Below are positions 9,390-21,400 of a stretch of 64,000 nucleotides of DNA, piece by piece. The stretch is from IMG/VR virus record IMGVR_UViG_3300020577_007233, positions 61,593 to 125,592 of that record; one strand, given 5' to 3'. This DNA comes from a virus. Its lineage: Duplodnaviria; Heunggongvirae; Uroviricota; Caudoviricetes. Position numbers and translations under genes: made by a program. The notes below the pieces were generated by a model. The model had not been told where the DNA came from and searched no databases. It saw only the letters and a list, made by a program, of their open reading frames with translations. Numbering within the stretch: the first letter of the stretch is position 1; every line of letters starts with the position of its first letter.

Positions 9390-10740
9390 CGCTTATTGGT
9401 TGAGGAAGATCAAAAAGAGCCAAACCACTAACGCTTCTTAGGCCGCCTTCAATAAAGTTATCAGTTTCAAACTGCTGATGAAGAGGATTGGTTTGATCGA
9501 AAGCAACAGCAGCATCAGAATATGTTCCAAGATTAACCTTAGCAAGAGTATTGTTTGCCGCAAAAAACACTCTTAGTTCATTTTCTTTTTCCCACTCTTT
9601 GATTTCTGCAAGCGTGTTACGAAGGTTCAAAGGAAGATTAGTGAAGAATGCTGGATTACTGCCTTGATCTGCATTACCCCATCCAGCAGGATTAAGAACA
9701 AGAACAGCCTGATATCCATAGGCTTTTAGCGCTGTAACATCAGCTATACCGTCAAGCAATTCACCCCAACCGCTAACGGTCTGTGGATTAACATACTGCT
9801 GTCCAGGAAGAGGCAACCTTCCTTCAAGACTCTTTTTGTCTTGAGTGCTGAAAAGAAAGTATCGTCTTGGATTGTCTCTTGCCGAAAAATAAGCTCTAGG
9901 CGCACCCGCTCCTGCAAGCTCAACTCCGTAAACCCTTCCACTTACCCTAGGGCCTACATTATAGTCGCCATGATTATTCCAATACCAAACAAAGTAAGGT
10001 TCATACGAACGAAGCGCAGCTATCTTTCTGTAAGCTTTTGATTGATAGAAAGCGTTCTGCGTGCTTGTGTAGTAATCTTCATACCTAAGCCATATTTTCC
10101 ACGTTCTTGTTTCACCAGGCTCAATCTTGTCAAGAATACCCTTTCCTGGTATATTGACATTTCCTTCCATTCTAAAGTAGGCCTTAAGAGAGACAGGATC
10201 AAAATCAACATAGATCCTAAAAGGATAGTTGTAGTTCGTAGATACCGACATCATTTGGCATCCATAAGTAGGAACGCTTGGAGTGGAATTTTCTATAGTA
10301 AAACAGGGAGCAAACCAGTTAACGCCATAAATAGCATTAGGGTCACCAAACTTATCTGTCGCCGGATTACTAGGAACTGGATAAGTGTTAGAAACAGGTC
10401 TCATTCCGTAAGAGTCGTGACTCATGTAGTTTACAGAATGTCTCAACAAAGAACTTCCGCCAGCCCCTGTCCAAGACGGATGATACATACCAGAAACCAT
10501 TCTGACAAATGGAGCAGATTGTTGTAACTGAGAAACATTCTTAACCGTAACGGTTATATTAATGCCTCTCCATTCTTTCAATTCTTTTGTAACTGTTACA
10601 TTCCATGTTGACGGGTTATTGCTAATGGGAGTTCCATTGGCTGCGTCTTTAACTATGGTTTCTGTGTAATCATTAGGGTCAAGCCAAATAAGTGCTTGGT
10701 TATTAGGGTTTCCGCCCTCTCTAGGTGTAAATAGCCCCAT
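9346..10740 (-). CDS. Virion-associated protein (beta-sandwich plus possible start of a glycoside-hydrolase-like barrel); possibly the 5' half of a split gene
   Basis: 464-aa ORF rich in Tyr/Trp/Asn. It overlaps the next ORF by 44 nt and is the only gene here that ends in TAG. Confidence 0.7.
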   Translation of the reverse strand: MGLFTPREGGNPNNQALIWLDPNDYTETIVKDAANGTPISNNPSTWNVTVTKELKEWRGINITVTVKNVSQLQQSAPFVRMVSGMYHPSWTGAGGSSLLRHSVNYMSHDSYGMRPVSNTYPVPSNPATDKFGDPNAIYGVNWFAPCFTIENSTPSVPTYGCQMMSVSTNYNYPFRIYVDFDPVSLKAYFRMEGNVNIPGKGILDKIEPGETRTWKIWLRYEDYYTSTQNAFYQSKAYRKIAALRSYEPYFVWYWNNHGDYNVGPRVSGRVYGVELAGAGAPRAYFSARDNPRRYFLFSTQDKKSLEGRLPLPGQQYVNPQTVSGWGELLDGIADVTALKAYGYQAVLVLNPAGWGNADQGSNPAFFTNLPLNLRNTLAEIKEWEKENELRVFFAANNTLAKVNLGTYSDAAVAFDQTNPLHQQFETDNFIEGGLRSVSGLALFDLPQPISDELLESYVGGWRAA

Positions 10741-10743
10741 ATC

Positions 10744-13700
10744 TTATCCTCCGGGTCCAAAGCCATTCAGACCCCCAAATAGTCCATCGGAATTATCGAA
10801 GTTAGAATTGTCTGAAGACCCAGAAGATCCTGATGAATCGTTAGAACCTGACGATTGATTAGAACCGCTATCTGTAGAACCATTAGACAACTCATCTTCG
10901 TCGGTTCCTCCGCCCTGAGAACCCAGATCGCCTAGACCACCTATAAGCTCGTTAGGCAATATGCCATCAGAAGTAAGCTCACTTCCAAAATGACCAATAA
11001 CGGAGGACTGAGAGTTATCTGTATCGTCTGACCACGTTTTGTAGGAACCAAAATCGCTTATCTTTGTGGCAGTTGTATTTGTGGATGGAGTTAGCAGAAG
11101 AACTCTAAACTCAGGGACTTGAAAAGCAGTTGTAGTTGTTACGCCCTGATCATTTGTTGTTTCGATTATTCTCGCAGTTGGGTACAACTGAGAAAGGAAT
11201 CTTTCAATAGCATACAAGGTTTTTGTTACTCGGTCCTTTGTAAAGCCTTTTAGTTTTGTAATTTGACCATCAGCATTTCGTTCAACCTCTAAGAGCGAAG
11301 TTCTAGCTGTTTCAAACTTTTCAGCAGCAGTATCCGCTCCTGCTTTGTGAGCATTCCGATCATTGTATTCTGGCAAAACAAGTTCGCTTATTTCTTGAGC
11401 AGGCCTTTCGGACAAACTCATAGAGTTTAGCTTTACGCCATCAATAAACAAAGAAACAGCGGACAGATAATTCGTATCAGCCCATCCTCCGTTCTTGGCT
11501 TTGAACTTCTTATACTGATTAGCTATAGTTACAACAGAACCAAGCTTTTGCTTAACATCAAAGCAAACAAACTTTCTCAGTCTATCTGTGTTGGTTGTAA
11601 ACCTATATCCTATCGTCTGTGCCTCTCCATTGACATATACAGTAGGAATGATGTTGTGCTTGAATTCGGAATGAAGAGACAATTTCCCAGGACGTTCAGA
11701 TATAAACAATCGTTCTTCAGAACCAACAAAAAGCTTATTATCAATGACGTTCAAAGATGTTGCAGGAAGGATAGAAGAGTTAACTCTTAGTTGAGCAAAT
11801 GCTGGCTCAAAAGCAACAGTTCGATCAGTATAAATGTCACTAAGGCTTGACGTTGCAAGCAACCCGTTGTCGGTGGAAATATAGATCCTGTCATTCCATA
11901 TGACAAGCTTTCTTGCTTTAGAAGCATTTTCCATTACGCCTATTCTTTCAAAGACATACTCAGATGGTTTTCTTCTCCATAGCATGAAATCAGTAATAGC
12001 GTAAATGTAACCATTTTTCTGCGCGAAAGCATAAATCGGCCTTTGTTCCGTAAACTCGCTACTAAAAGTCCACAGTATTCCGTTGTTATAGCTTTCAAAT
12101 ATGCCTAATTCGTTGCTAACAATTATTCGTTGTCTAGGCTCATCAAAAAGCATGGCATAGGCTTCAGTGCTGCGAGGACCAAAGATAGGAGTTTGCTGAA
12201 AGAAGAATGACCCCTGGCCAATATTTCTTCTTAGCTTGTAAACTCCCAAGTCTGTACTACAGAAAACGTTACCGTCCTCATCTTGAACAATATCTCTTAT
12301 GATCTTTGCGTTTTCGACACCAGAAATCTCCGTCCAAATACTAAAACCACCAGCATCTCCGCCTCGACCAAACAATGCCCCTCTATTTGAACCTGCAAAG
12401 TAAGTCTCATATCTACTTGAGTAGAAGAACTTAGTAACAGGAGTTATCGTTTCAAATCTTCTGTCCCAAGATACTCCAAAATCCTCGCTCGTATAGATAC
12501 CGTCACTTGTTGCAGCAACAAGAATGTCCAAATCACCAGCCGTTTGAATAATCTCGTAAAACACAACGGCATCGCCTATTGTTTCTTCGCCGTCTTCAGG
12601 AGCATATCTATAGCCACTATCAACGCTTATGGTTGAAATCTGTACAGGCTCAAGCTTCTCTTTAATTCTTCCGTCATGATTGACTTCAGGAATCTGAACT
12701 TTCTCAAACACTCCAACAGCAACCTGCTGAGCGCTTGCTCCCTCAAACCTATTTCTGGGAAGGATATTCTGAGTTTCCTCAAGACTGTTGAACTCAACAG
12801 TAACCGTTGGAGGAGAATCAAAAGCAAAGGTTAGGTTATCTTCTATTTCGAAACCCGTAGCTGCAAGCTGCGATTCAAAAGTCAATTCACCGCTATCTTT
12901 GTTAAGAGCATAAAGGAGACCAAAAGAAGAAGCATCTTCTCCGTTCAAGAAAACAGAATAAACAGTAGTTCCTGAAATATCAGTTTCGGTTGTGTAGGTT
13001 TGATAGTCTGTAGAAGTCCAATCGGAAACGGTAAGCTTGTCGTCCAGATTGATTCTTCTGTCGTTATTGTCATCTATCCATTCGTGCTTATGAACAGCTA
13101 TTCTAGCTATAGTTTCTTCTCTAACTGGATCTTCAAGCAAGCTGATGTTTCGAACGCCTGTCAAGTCAATACTTGTTGAACCGTTTTTAGTAACAACCTT
13201 ACCAAGGAAAACGGCACTTGTAACAGCGATATTGCTTTCTGTAACAAAAAGATCTGCTTCGTTTCTGAACTTACGAACCATGTAATAGACTTTGCCTGTT
13301 TGCTTAAGAACAGAATAATCTACATAGTATGTAATAGAAGGAGCAACAGTAGCAACAAGACTGAACGAATACTTATTGCCAACGGAACGATAGATTTCAT
13401 ATCCATCAAACTGTCCGCCTGTCGGAATCCATGTAAGCTGAACGTTTGAACCAGCAACAACAGTCTCAAGCGAACCAGGAGAGTTTAGAGTTGACATAGA
13501 AAGGGGCTTGAGAGTAGTTAGTGTGTAGTTTATGTACCTATCATCTCTAGGATTTAGAGACTCTTGATCGTACAAATCAACTGTTGTAACAAAGTAAACA
13601 TATGACGTTTCGTTTTCTACCTCATAATCAGTGTATGAAAAAGTAGAAGCAGAAACTGTTTCAAGAAGTTCAAAACCATTCGTATCCAAGGTCGCCAAGT

Positions 13701-15429
13701 CAAGAGAACGATAAATCCTATAAGCCTTAACCGATTCGGTTGCCGCCGCACTCCAGGTTATCGTATTCTGCTTGTCTCCTGCAAAGCCAATTTGTTGCTG
13801 AGGAGGAGGTGGTCTCGTTACCCCTCCTACATCGCCGGTTTCATAACTTATGGTTCTATTTTCGCTTTCGTTTCCAAACTCATCAACACAGCCAACGGAA
13901 AACGTATATCTACTGTTTGGTAGCGAATAGGAGGGATCAAGGGAAAAGATTGTTGAACGACCAACGTTTAATTCGGAAACTAATGATGTTTCTGACAAGT
14001 CAGACAAATCGGTTCGAGTAATAGAAATGCGATTGTACAAGAAAATAGACGGAGAGTTTTCCCATCTGAAAACTAGCGTCTTATCAGATCTGTCAGTTAT
14101 TGACAAAGACTGAGGAGAATCAGGAGCTATAAAGTTCTTTGTGTAATGTCGGATTCTTTTGCCAGCACTCTTCAGTCCGTTTGTATCTATGTTTCTAATA
14201 GTTATGTAGTAGGTTGTTCTGTTTTCAAGAGATTTGTAATATGTTTGACCGCCTCTTGTATAAGGGAAAACCTCAATCGATCTAGTTGTATAGCCAGCAA
14301 GAGTTGGAATCCAGTTGGATGTTATTACTGTTCCGTCATTACGATATTCTTCAAGAAGAATTTCCGAGGAACCGTCAAATGCGGAATACGGATCTATGTC
14401 TGAAGCCCAGCTTAACGTTATACCGTTGGTTGAGTTTCCTGAAGTTACTTCGTAATCAATGACGGTTATTTGCAAAACATCTGGCGGGCCACCAGTATCG
14501 ACAGGGAAAGCAAGCCTTGTAATACCATCAGATTCAACATCTCTAACTGAAACAGACTTAAGAACAACAAGGTATCTTTGCTCGTTAGTCAAATCCCCAA
14601 TAGTCATATCAACAGATGAGCTATCAACTTCAACAGTAAAAGTGCTTCCTGTTGCAACTCTTTCTTCGTTTACAGGCGTAACATACGCTCTATACGTTGC
14701 TATATTGCCATATGGAGCGGAGTTCCATATAAGATGAACTGCATTTTTTGTATTTACAATCCTGACCGAACCAGGATCTGCTGGAACGCTTAAATCTTTA
14801 TCCGTTACAACAACAAGAGAAGATGAAAACGAACTGGCGTTTTCGCTAAGGTCATACGCCTTAACTTTGTAGTAATAGATCGTATTCTCTTCTAATTCAA
14901 CATCTGTATATGTTGCTTCTGTTGTTTCTTCTACAAGAGAATAGGCTATATTGTCAAGACTCTTATATACTTCATATCTTGCAAAATCTATGTCTGCATT
15001 CTGAGTCCAGGTAAAAGTTACAGAATCAGTTGACTTTACAGATATAGATAGTCCAATTGGAGCAGAAGGAGCGGTAGTGTCAGAATATTGAACATGAGAA
15101 ATATCTGAAAATGCGCTTATCTGTCCGATTACACCAGGCCTCAGTCTCATCCATGCGTACACTGTGCTATTGTCAAGCAAGGACTTGGAATAATCTCCAA
15201 ACGTTCTTGCTATGTATCTTTCTATCATACCCCATCCGCTTGAAACAGAAAGAGTAAACGGAGAAGGAGAGGATAAGTCCCATCCCTGAATAACACCAGG
15301 TCCAACCAACTCAGATATGAACGCCATATGAGAGTCAATAGCAGTAAACCTTCTTCTGTCAACGGAAGCGGAATAAACGTCTCCCGTAATGAAGGCTTCT
15401 AAACCAAAATGTGGGGTTCTAACAGGCAT
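10744..15429 (-). CDS. Large tail fibre/baseplate-attached protein with multiple FN3 domains and a BNR beta-propeller
   Basis: 1561 aa. FN3 signatures (TFTWTQN...YEVYKS...YTDVELEENTIYYYKVKAYD), Asp-boxes (TSEDFGVSW, ESYNNGILW), a Ser/Gly/Asp low-complexity tail, and an N-terminus paralogous to 38764..42306. Confidence 0.75.
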   Translation of the reverse strand: MPVRTPHFGLEAFITGDVYSASVDRRRFTAIDSHMAFISELVGPGVIQGWDLSSPSPFTLSVSSGWGMIERYIARTFGDYSKSLLDNSTVYAWMRLRPGVIGQISAFSDISHVQYSDTTAPSAPIGLSISVKSTDSVTFTWTQNADIDFARYEVYKSLDNIAYSLVEETTEATYTDVELEENTIYYYKVKAYDLSENASSFSSSLVVVTDKDLSVPADPGSVRIVNTKNAVHLIWNSAPYGNIATYRAYVTPVNEERVATGSTFTVEVDSSSVDMTIGDLTNEQRYLVVLKSVSVRDVESDGITRLAFPVDTGGPPDVLQITVIDYEVTSGNSTNGITLSWASDIDPYSAFDGSSEILLEEYRNDGTVITSNWIPTLAGYTTRSIEVFPYTRGGQTYYKSLENRTTYYITIRNIDTNGLKSAGKRIRHYTKNFIAPDSPQSLSITDRSDKTLVFRWENSPSIFLYNRISITRTDLSDLSETSLVSELNVGRSTIFSLDPSYSLPNSRYTFSVGCVDEFGNESENRTISYETGDVGGVTRPPPPQQQIGFAGDKQNTITWSAAATESVKAYRIYRSLDLATLDTNGFELLETVSASTFSYTDYEVENETSYVYFVTTVDLYDQESLNPRDDRYINYTLTTLKPLSMSTLNSPGSLETVVAGSNVQLTWIPTGGQFDGYEIYRSVGNKYSFSLVATVAPSITYYVDYSVLKQTGKVYYMVRKFRNEADLFVTESNIAVTSAVFLGKVVTKNGSTSIDLTGVRNISLLEDPVREETIARIAVHKHEWIDDNNDRRINLDDKLTVSDWTSTDYQTYTTETDISGTTVYSVFLNGEDASSFGLLYALNKDSGELTFESQLAATGFEIEDNLTFAFDSPPTVTVEFNSLEETQNILPRNRFEGASAQQVAVGVFEKVQIPEVNHDGRIKEKLEPVQISTISVDSGYRYAPEDGEETIGDAVVFYEIIQTAGDLDILVAATSDGIYTSEDFGVSWDRRFETITPVTKFFYSSRYETYFAGSNRGALFGRGGDAGGFSIWTEISGVENAKIIRDIVQDEDGNVFCSTDLGVYKLRRNIGQGSFFFQQTPIFGPRSTEAYAMLFDEPRQRIIVSNELGIFESYNNGILWTFSSEFTEQRPIYAFAQKNGYIYAITDFMLWRRKPSEYVFERIGVMENASKARKLVIWNDRIYISTDNGLLATSSLSDIYTDRTVAFEPAFAQLRVNSSILPATSLNVIDNKLFVGSEERLFISERPGKLSLHSEFKHNIIPTVYVNGEAQTIGYRFTTNTDRLRKFVCFDVKQKLGSVVTIANQYKKFKAKNGGWADTNYLSAVSLFIDGVKLNSMSLSERPAQEISELVLPEYNDRNAHKAGADTAAEKFETARTSLLEVERNADGQITKLKGFTKDRVTKTLYAIERFLSQLYPTARIIETTNDQGVTTTTAFQVPEFRVLLLTPSTNTTATKISDFGSYKTWSDDTDNSQSSVIGHFGSELTSDGILPNELIGGLGDLGSQGGGTDEDELSNGSTDSGSNQSSGSNDSSGSSGSSDNSNFDNSDGLFGGLNGFGPGG

Positions 15430-15430
15430 G

Positions 15431-18400
15431 TTATATGTGAACTCTCATACTGACGAACTCATTGTTCTCAAGCTCAAACATGATTGAGAAATTCTTGACA
15501 ATCGGAACGTCTGAGTAAGAGCCGCAATAAACTTGCGATGCAAGATCATTAGCCTTGAAAGTAAACGAGTTACTGTTGTTCTCAAAAGTCTCGCCATTGT
15601 ATACGTCTATCGACAGATAATACGTCTTATTGGCGTCTATGTTAGAGGTACTTGGAGTATAGTTGACACTTATTGTTTCTCCTGGATCGGTCGTAAAACC
15701 TTCTACAGGAATGTCAGCTTCATTTACAAGCCAATTGGTAAGATCGTTACCACTAAAGGCGGTATACTTCAAATCAGTTCTTTCTGGATCGTTATAGAAT
15801 CGTACCCTGAAATGCAATGTTTCAATGTTTGGACTTGTGTTCATAAAATCAAAAGATATAGTATCAACATAAGTTGTTCCGCAAGACTCTATAAAAGCAT
15901 GGTCTTCAGAAACTGTCGAATTTCCAAGCTCGCTTACAGCCTCAATCTTAACATAGTAATAGGTACTACACTTGAGCGTTGTTGTTCCAACAGGAGTAAA
16001 CGATAGTTGCTTTGTTTGACCTGGACCAAAGACTTCTCCGCCTGTTGAGAATATATCTCCATCAGAGCTAAAGCCAATATGGGAAACAGAACTGCTAGCG
16101 CTGTAAACCAAGGTTGTTAGTCCTGGATCTTCATAAAAGCTGACATTGAAGTTGTAAGTTCTCTCAGAAGCGTCTGAGTTTTCAAAGTTCCATTCAACCG
16201 CATTGAAGAACAAAGGCGACCCATAAGGACTGTATTCGCCTGGAATTTCACCAGATGCTTCCGCTCTTGTTGGAGTTATGAATCTTATTCCAACCCTCAT
16301 GCCGCTACCAATCTGTCCGTCTTCTGTAGTAAAGATACGGTTTTCGTCAACAATCTGATACTCAGCAAAATCTGTTGAGTTATTCGTGTTTATACCAAAA
16401 ACGATATCAGCAGCAACGGGTAGAATCTTCGTTGAAGTTACTATACCGCTCTTGATTCTGCTTGGCAGAGCAAAGTTTGTTGTAAAGAAATGAGTAGAGT
16501 CGCTAGAAATACTCCTAATAACAACATTTCTCAAAGAGGGGCTTAGTCCTCTTACTCTGCTCTTCATAACAACTCTGAACTGAATAAACTGTCCCGACAA
16601 GAACGAAATGTCTGCATTTTGTTCCTTAGCATCAACAGAGAATGTAAATTCCTTATCTAAGATTTCATCTTTTGTGGCCCCAGTTCTAACGTAAATAGTC
16701 ACGCTAGTGTTGTCTGGAACTGTTGCATCCCAAGAAATTTTGTCCCAAGATACAAGATTGTTTGTTCCATTGAAGAATTCGCTGTAATATTCGCCAGTTT
16801 CTTCTTCAACCAAATCGCCAGAATAGAATCTGTCGTTACCTTCTCTGAGCGATGTTGTATTGCCGGTTTCGTCAACCTTGAGAATCCTGTTGCGGTTAAT
16901 AAATGCCGCGAGATCAGAAATGCTGATTTCGTCAAACAAATTAGCGTCAAGCTGTGTCTGAGACACATCTGTAAAGAGCTTAGTTTCGTTACCAGCCCTG
17001 TCAATAAGCTTAAGGTATACCTTTTTGACGTTTTCTACCCTTCCTATCTTGTAAATATAGGAATCAGAAATGAACCATATCAAACCATCTTCGCCCTCAA
17101 CAACGTCCTTTATGGCTTCTCTGTGGGTATATTTGGCAGTCCAAACGTTATCAAGGTAATAGAGTGTATTGCCAATAGCGGCGTACAGTACGCCTCCAAT
17201 GTTTTTCATGGAGTAAACGGCAGATGGAACCGTCTTGAACGAATGAATAAATGGAGAGTTTGGAACCTTGGACCTCTTTACTTGCCCGCTAGAACCAAAA
17301 CCTGCAAATATATAACCTTGACCGTTAACGGTTGCTTTGCCTATACTTGTAACATTTCTATCAGCATTGACATCAACAATTTGCTGAGTATTATTCTTTG
17401 TGTCAAGTTTGTAAATTCTACCTTCGTATCCGGTTGCAGCATAAAGTTCCCTGTCAGACTCAACAAGACTATATATTGCGCCGCTTACGTTGCGGAATAC
17501 TTCAGTTGTTGAAGTTCCGTCAAAACTATACAGGGCACCATAACTGCCTCCACCGCCACCAATATACAAAACCTCATCGAAAACAACTGCGCAGTAGGCG
17601 TGAGTGTTCGAGGGTAGAGTTCTCAGAAGTTCAAACTTCATTGTCCCGGTATTCAAAACCCATATCTTACCGCTTCCGTTAGGGCTTCCAGTACCAGCGT
17701 AGACTTTGCCTTGATATTCAATCAAGAACTCAACAGATGCGCTTGGGTTTGCTATACCACCAACAGTATCAAGAGTATCAATCTTATCCCATGCCTGCGT
17801 AATACCGTTGTATTTGTAGACATTCGCTGGACTTGAAGTGCCTGCCATAATAACAGGATCTCCGCCAACTGGATGATAGTTCAAAAGTCTATTTCCGCTA
17901 CCACTTGTAAATGTGTATTGTCTGCTAACGCTGTCCAGAATGTCGCCTATGTTATGCAAAAGGAATCTTGTAAAAACAATAGGCTCTAAAGGAGTTTCTC
18001 CGTCGCTAGTAAAGTTGGTGAAGTTCGAAACAATCATCTTATCAATACCAGACGTTGCATCGAATACGCCTTCTGTATCAGATTCAAGAGGAGAAACATT
18101 GACTTCGAAAACGGTTCTGTCTCTTCTTGCTCCAAGAGTTATTTTGCCTGTAGGAGGGGTGCGATCCAGTATGATTCTGTCAAACGGGAGATCTGTTGTT
18201 TGATCATTAATCTGAACCGTATTTACATCTCCGCCTGTCATCGCGTAAACGCTACCACCAGAAGAAATAAGCTTTTCAAGCCTTGTAGCTTTGTTGCCTA
18301 TAGCTATCTGTTGAGCCTTATTCTGCTTGAAATCTCCAAACTTCTCAACATCAAAACGTACATTGATGCTAACAATGTCAGTTTCAAAAAGAGGATAGCT

Positions 18401-21400
18401 AAAGCGTATAAGCTTCTTTTCTGGAGAAAATGAGTAGCCTCTTGTTAGCTTATTTCCATTAAGTGATACTTCAAATACTGCGTTTGAAGGAATCTCTCTA
18501 TCATCAATACCAACGACTCTAAATGTTTGTAGATCATCATTTTTCTTGTGAGCAACAGGACTTAGAGTAAAGTCTTGACTAGAGAATTTTGTTGTCTCTG
18601 TCTTTTCTGTAGTAAATGACTCTTCGATAAAAGTAATCTGAAACACATTGTAAGTTGAAGCAATCCAAAGAATGTTTGGATCTTTCCATATAACAGAACG
18701 GGCATTTACGAAAATTGGAACATTTACGTCTCCAACACCTACTTGATTAATGGATGCAGGAGGAGCATTTGTGTTATCAAAGTTCAAAGGAAGAACGCTT
18801 ATACCAACCATCTTGTTGACACCAGAAGTGGTTGCTATATACCTAATGGCCGTATTTCTAATTGCAATATCATTGATTCTGTTCGAGTTCAATCCGTTAG
18901 CTGTCGTGAATACGCTGACTCCGTTGCTGTCGTAACGAATAAGACCCTTATCAGAACCAATCCAAGCAACATCACCAGCATCAGTTCTTACAACATTCAG
19001 CGTGTTTGATGGTAAACCGTTTTCGGTAGTGAAATGCTGAACCTCAGAAGCAACGATATCTATTGAACGGTTAGTCTGATTTACATTTTCCTTTGTTACA
19101 AGAATCTTGTTATATGTGTTGACAAGGTTGACAACATACAAACCATTATTTGTGCATACGAAAAGATTGTCAAGATTGTCAACTTCTATAGCGTTTGCCT
19201 CTGAAGCTCCAAAATTCAACTTGAAAAAGTACGAATGGTCAGCACTTGCGTAAACGCCCTGAGACGTAGCAAGATACATATTAGACTTCTTATCAAAGGA
19301 TATACCGTTGACCGTAAGTTCTTTTACGTTTGAACTATCCGAGTCAACAACATAAGCCTTCTTAGTTGTCTTGTTATAGAAAATGAGACCATTTTCTGTT
19401 CCAAGCCATGCGTCTCCTCGATTATTTGTTGCAGTAGAAAGAACCTGCTTGTTGGGAATATTGGTTGTAGCAGAAGAAACAAGTCCTATCTTGAATGGAT
19501 TTACGGCATCAGAAAGGTAGTATTTTAGACTTCCAACAACAAGCCTTGTTGAAAGATTATCAGAGAAGTCTCCGAAACGAAGTTCCTTTCTATTCAAAGA
19601 ACCATCCAATCTCAAGTCAAGATCGACGGTAACATCAAACATTGGAACCATTGTCTTGCTTGAGAAATCAATAACCCTTGCTTGCGTGAACAAATCCCGA
19701 TTAGGAATGTTCTCGTTAGCAGGTGAAACTTCCGAACTCTCAAACAGAATATGCAAATAACTACTAAACTTACGAGATATCGTTGGTCTGTAGCATTGTC
19801 TTGGAAGGCCAAAATCAAACTCTACGTCAAAGCTTGTAGTATAGCCAGCAGGTGGAAACTGATTACTGCTAATCCACTTCTGATTGTAAGCATCCCATTT
19901 GATTGCATATACGCCAGGACTCTTGAAGCTAACATCGCTTTCTCTAGCAGAGTATGGGTCATAAGGAGAAGCAATCTTTTCCTGTTGTTTCTCGAATACA
20001 ACGAATATATCTCCCGTAGAAGTGTTAAGACCGCAACGAGGGTGAGTGGAATCAAAATCTCCGCTCGTAAGTTGCATTACAGGTTTAGCAAAAACAAGTC
20101 TTGAGTTTATGAAACGACCAAACAACTGGTAGTTATAGTCAACAACGTCATTCCATACAACAGCAACTTGACCCTTCAAGTCAACAACAAGGTCCGAGTT
20201 ATCAGCCTTAGAGAAAAACAGACCGGAGACAGAGAAATCGCTTCCGCCCTGACCGCTTGATACCCAGTTCTTAGATCCATCATCGTAGGCTGCCATCTTA
20301 ATAGAAGACGATCCATTGCGATTGAAAGATGTCCAAGAAACATACAGTTTAGTATTGTTTGCTATGAGAGCGGGTCTCTTTGCTCCAACAGGATCTGCTG
20401 TTATTTGAATGTCCGTCCCGCCGAAAATAGCGCTTTCCCACTGTCCATTAGATGCACTTCTGCGACAATAGAAAATTTGAGGATGACCATTTCTGTAGTC
20501 TTCCCAAACAACGTGTACATTGTCCTTAACGTCTATTGCCACCTTTGGAGCAAAAGAATCATAAAGGTTGGATGTAAGAAGGAAAGGATCAGACCATGAA
20601 GTTCCATTGCCATAAACAACAGATATGTCAGTGTAATCGCCTCTTGTTGTTTCATAAACGACATATATACCGCCAGCAGAGTCAACGGCTATGCACGGAT
20701 TTGAAGAGCTAAAAGCGTCTGACACTATAAGCTCTGGTTCTCCCCATCCTTCGCTTGACGTAAACTTGTTGTAGTAAATTTGTCTACGACTCAATCCCAA
20801 ACCATCATCATGCCATGCTGCATGCATTACACCAAATCTGTCTGTAAATACAGATGGACGACCTGCGTTACCCTGATTCGTGCCAGAAGTTCTGGTTGTT
20901 GTTTCTGCTATAAGTTGATATGATTGGTCTGTGCTTTTCTTACCAAAGAGTTTCAGTTTCGTCTTCTTGCCCATTAAGCGATACTGAGTCATTGAGGTTG
21001 TGTCGTATACAAAAGACTGCTCAGTTCCTTCGAAAACAACCTCTTGAGGCAAGAACCAAAGATTTTCTGAACAAAGACCGTCATTAACGTAAAGCCCAAC
21101 TCCCTTGGGTTTTCCGACAGTAGACGGGGTATCGCTGTCTTCAACTTCGTCAACCCTGAAATCAAAATCAACAGTCCAGCCCTTTTCGTTGTCAACCCTA
21201 TCAAACCAAGGAGTTCCTTTCTTTCTATGGGCGTAAAACCACTTACCAGTTGACAGTGTTCCGTAAGGACTTGGGTTGTAAGTGTCTATGATCTGATAAT
21301 CTCCGTAGAGATTGTATTCAGGGAACAGTGATGTTTGAGGAAGAGTTGTAAGCCTGCTAGCAACCTGAGAACCCACACCGTTAAGAGCAACAACATCGTA

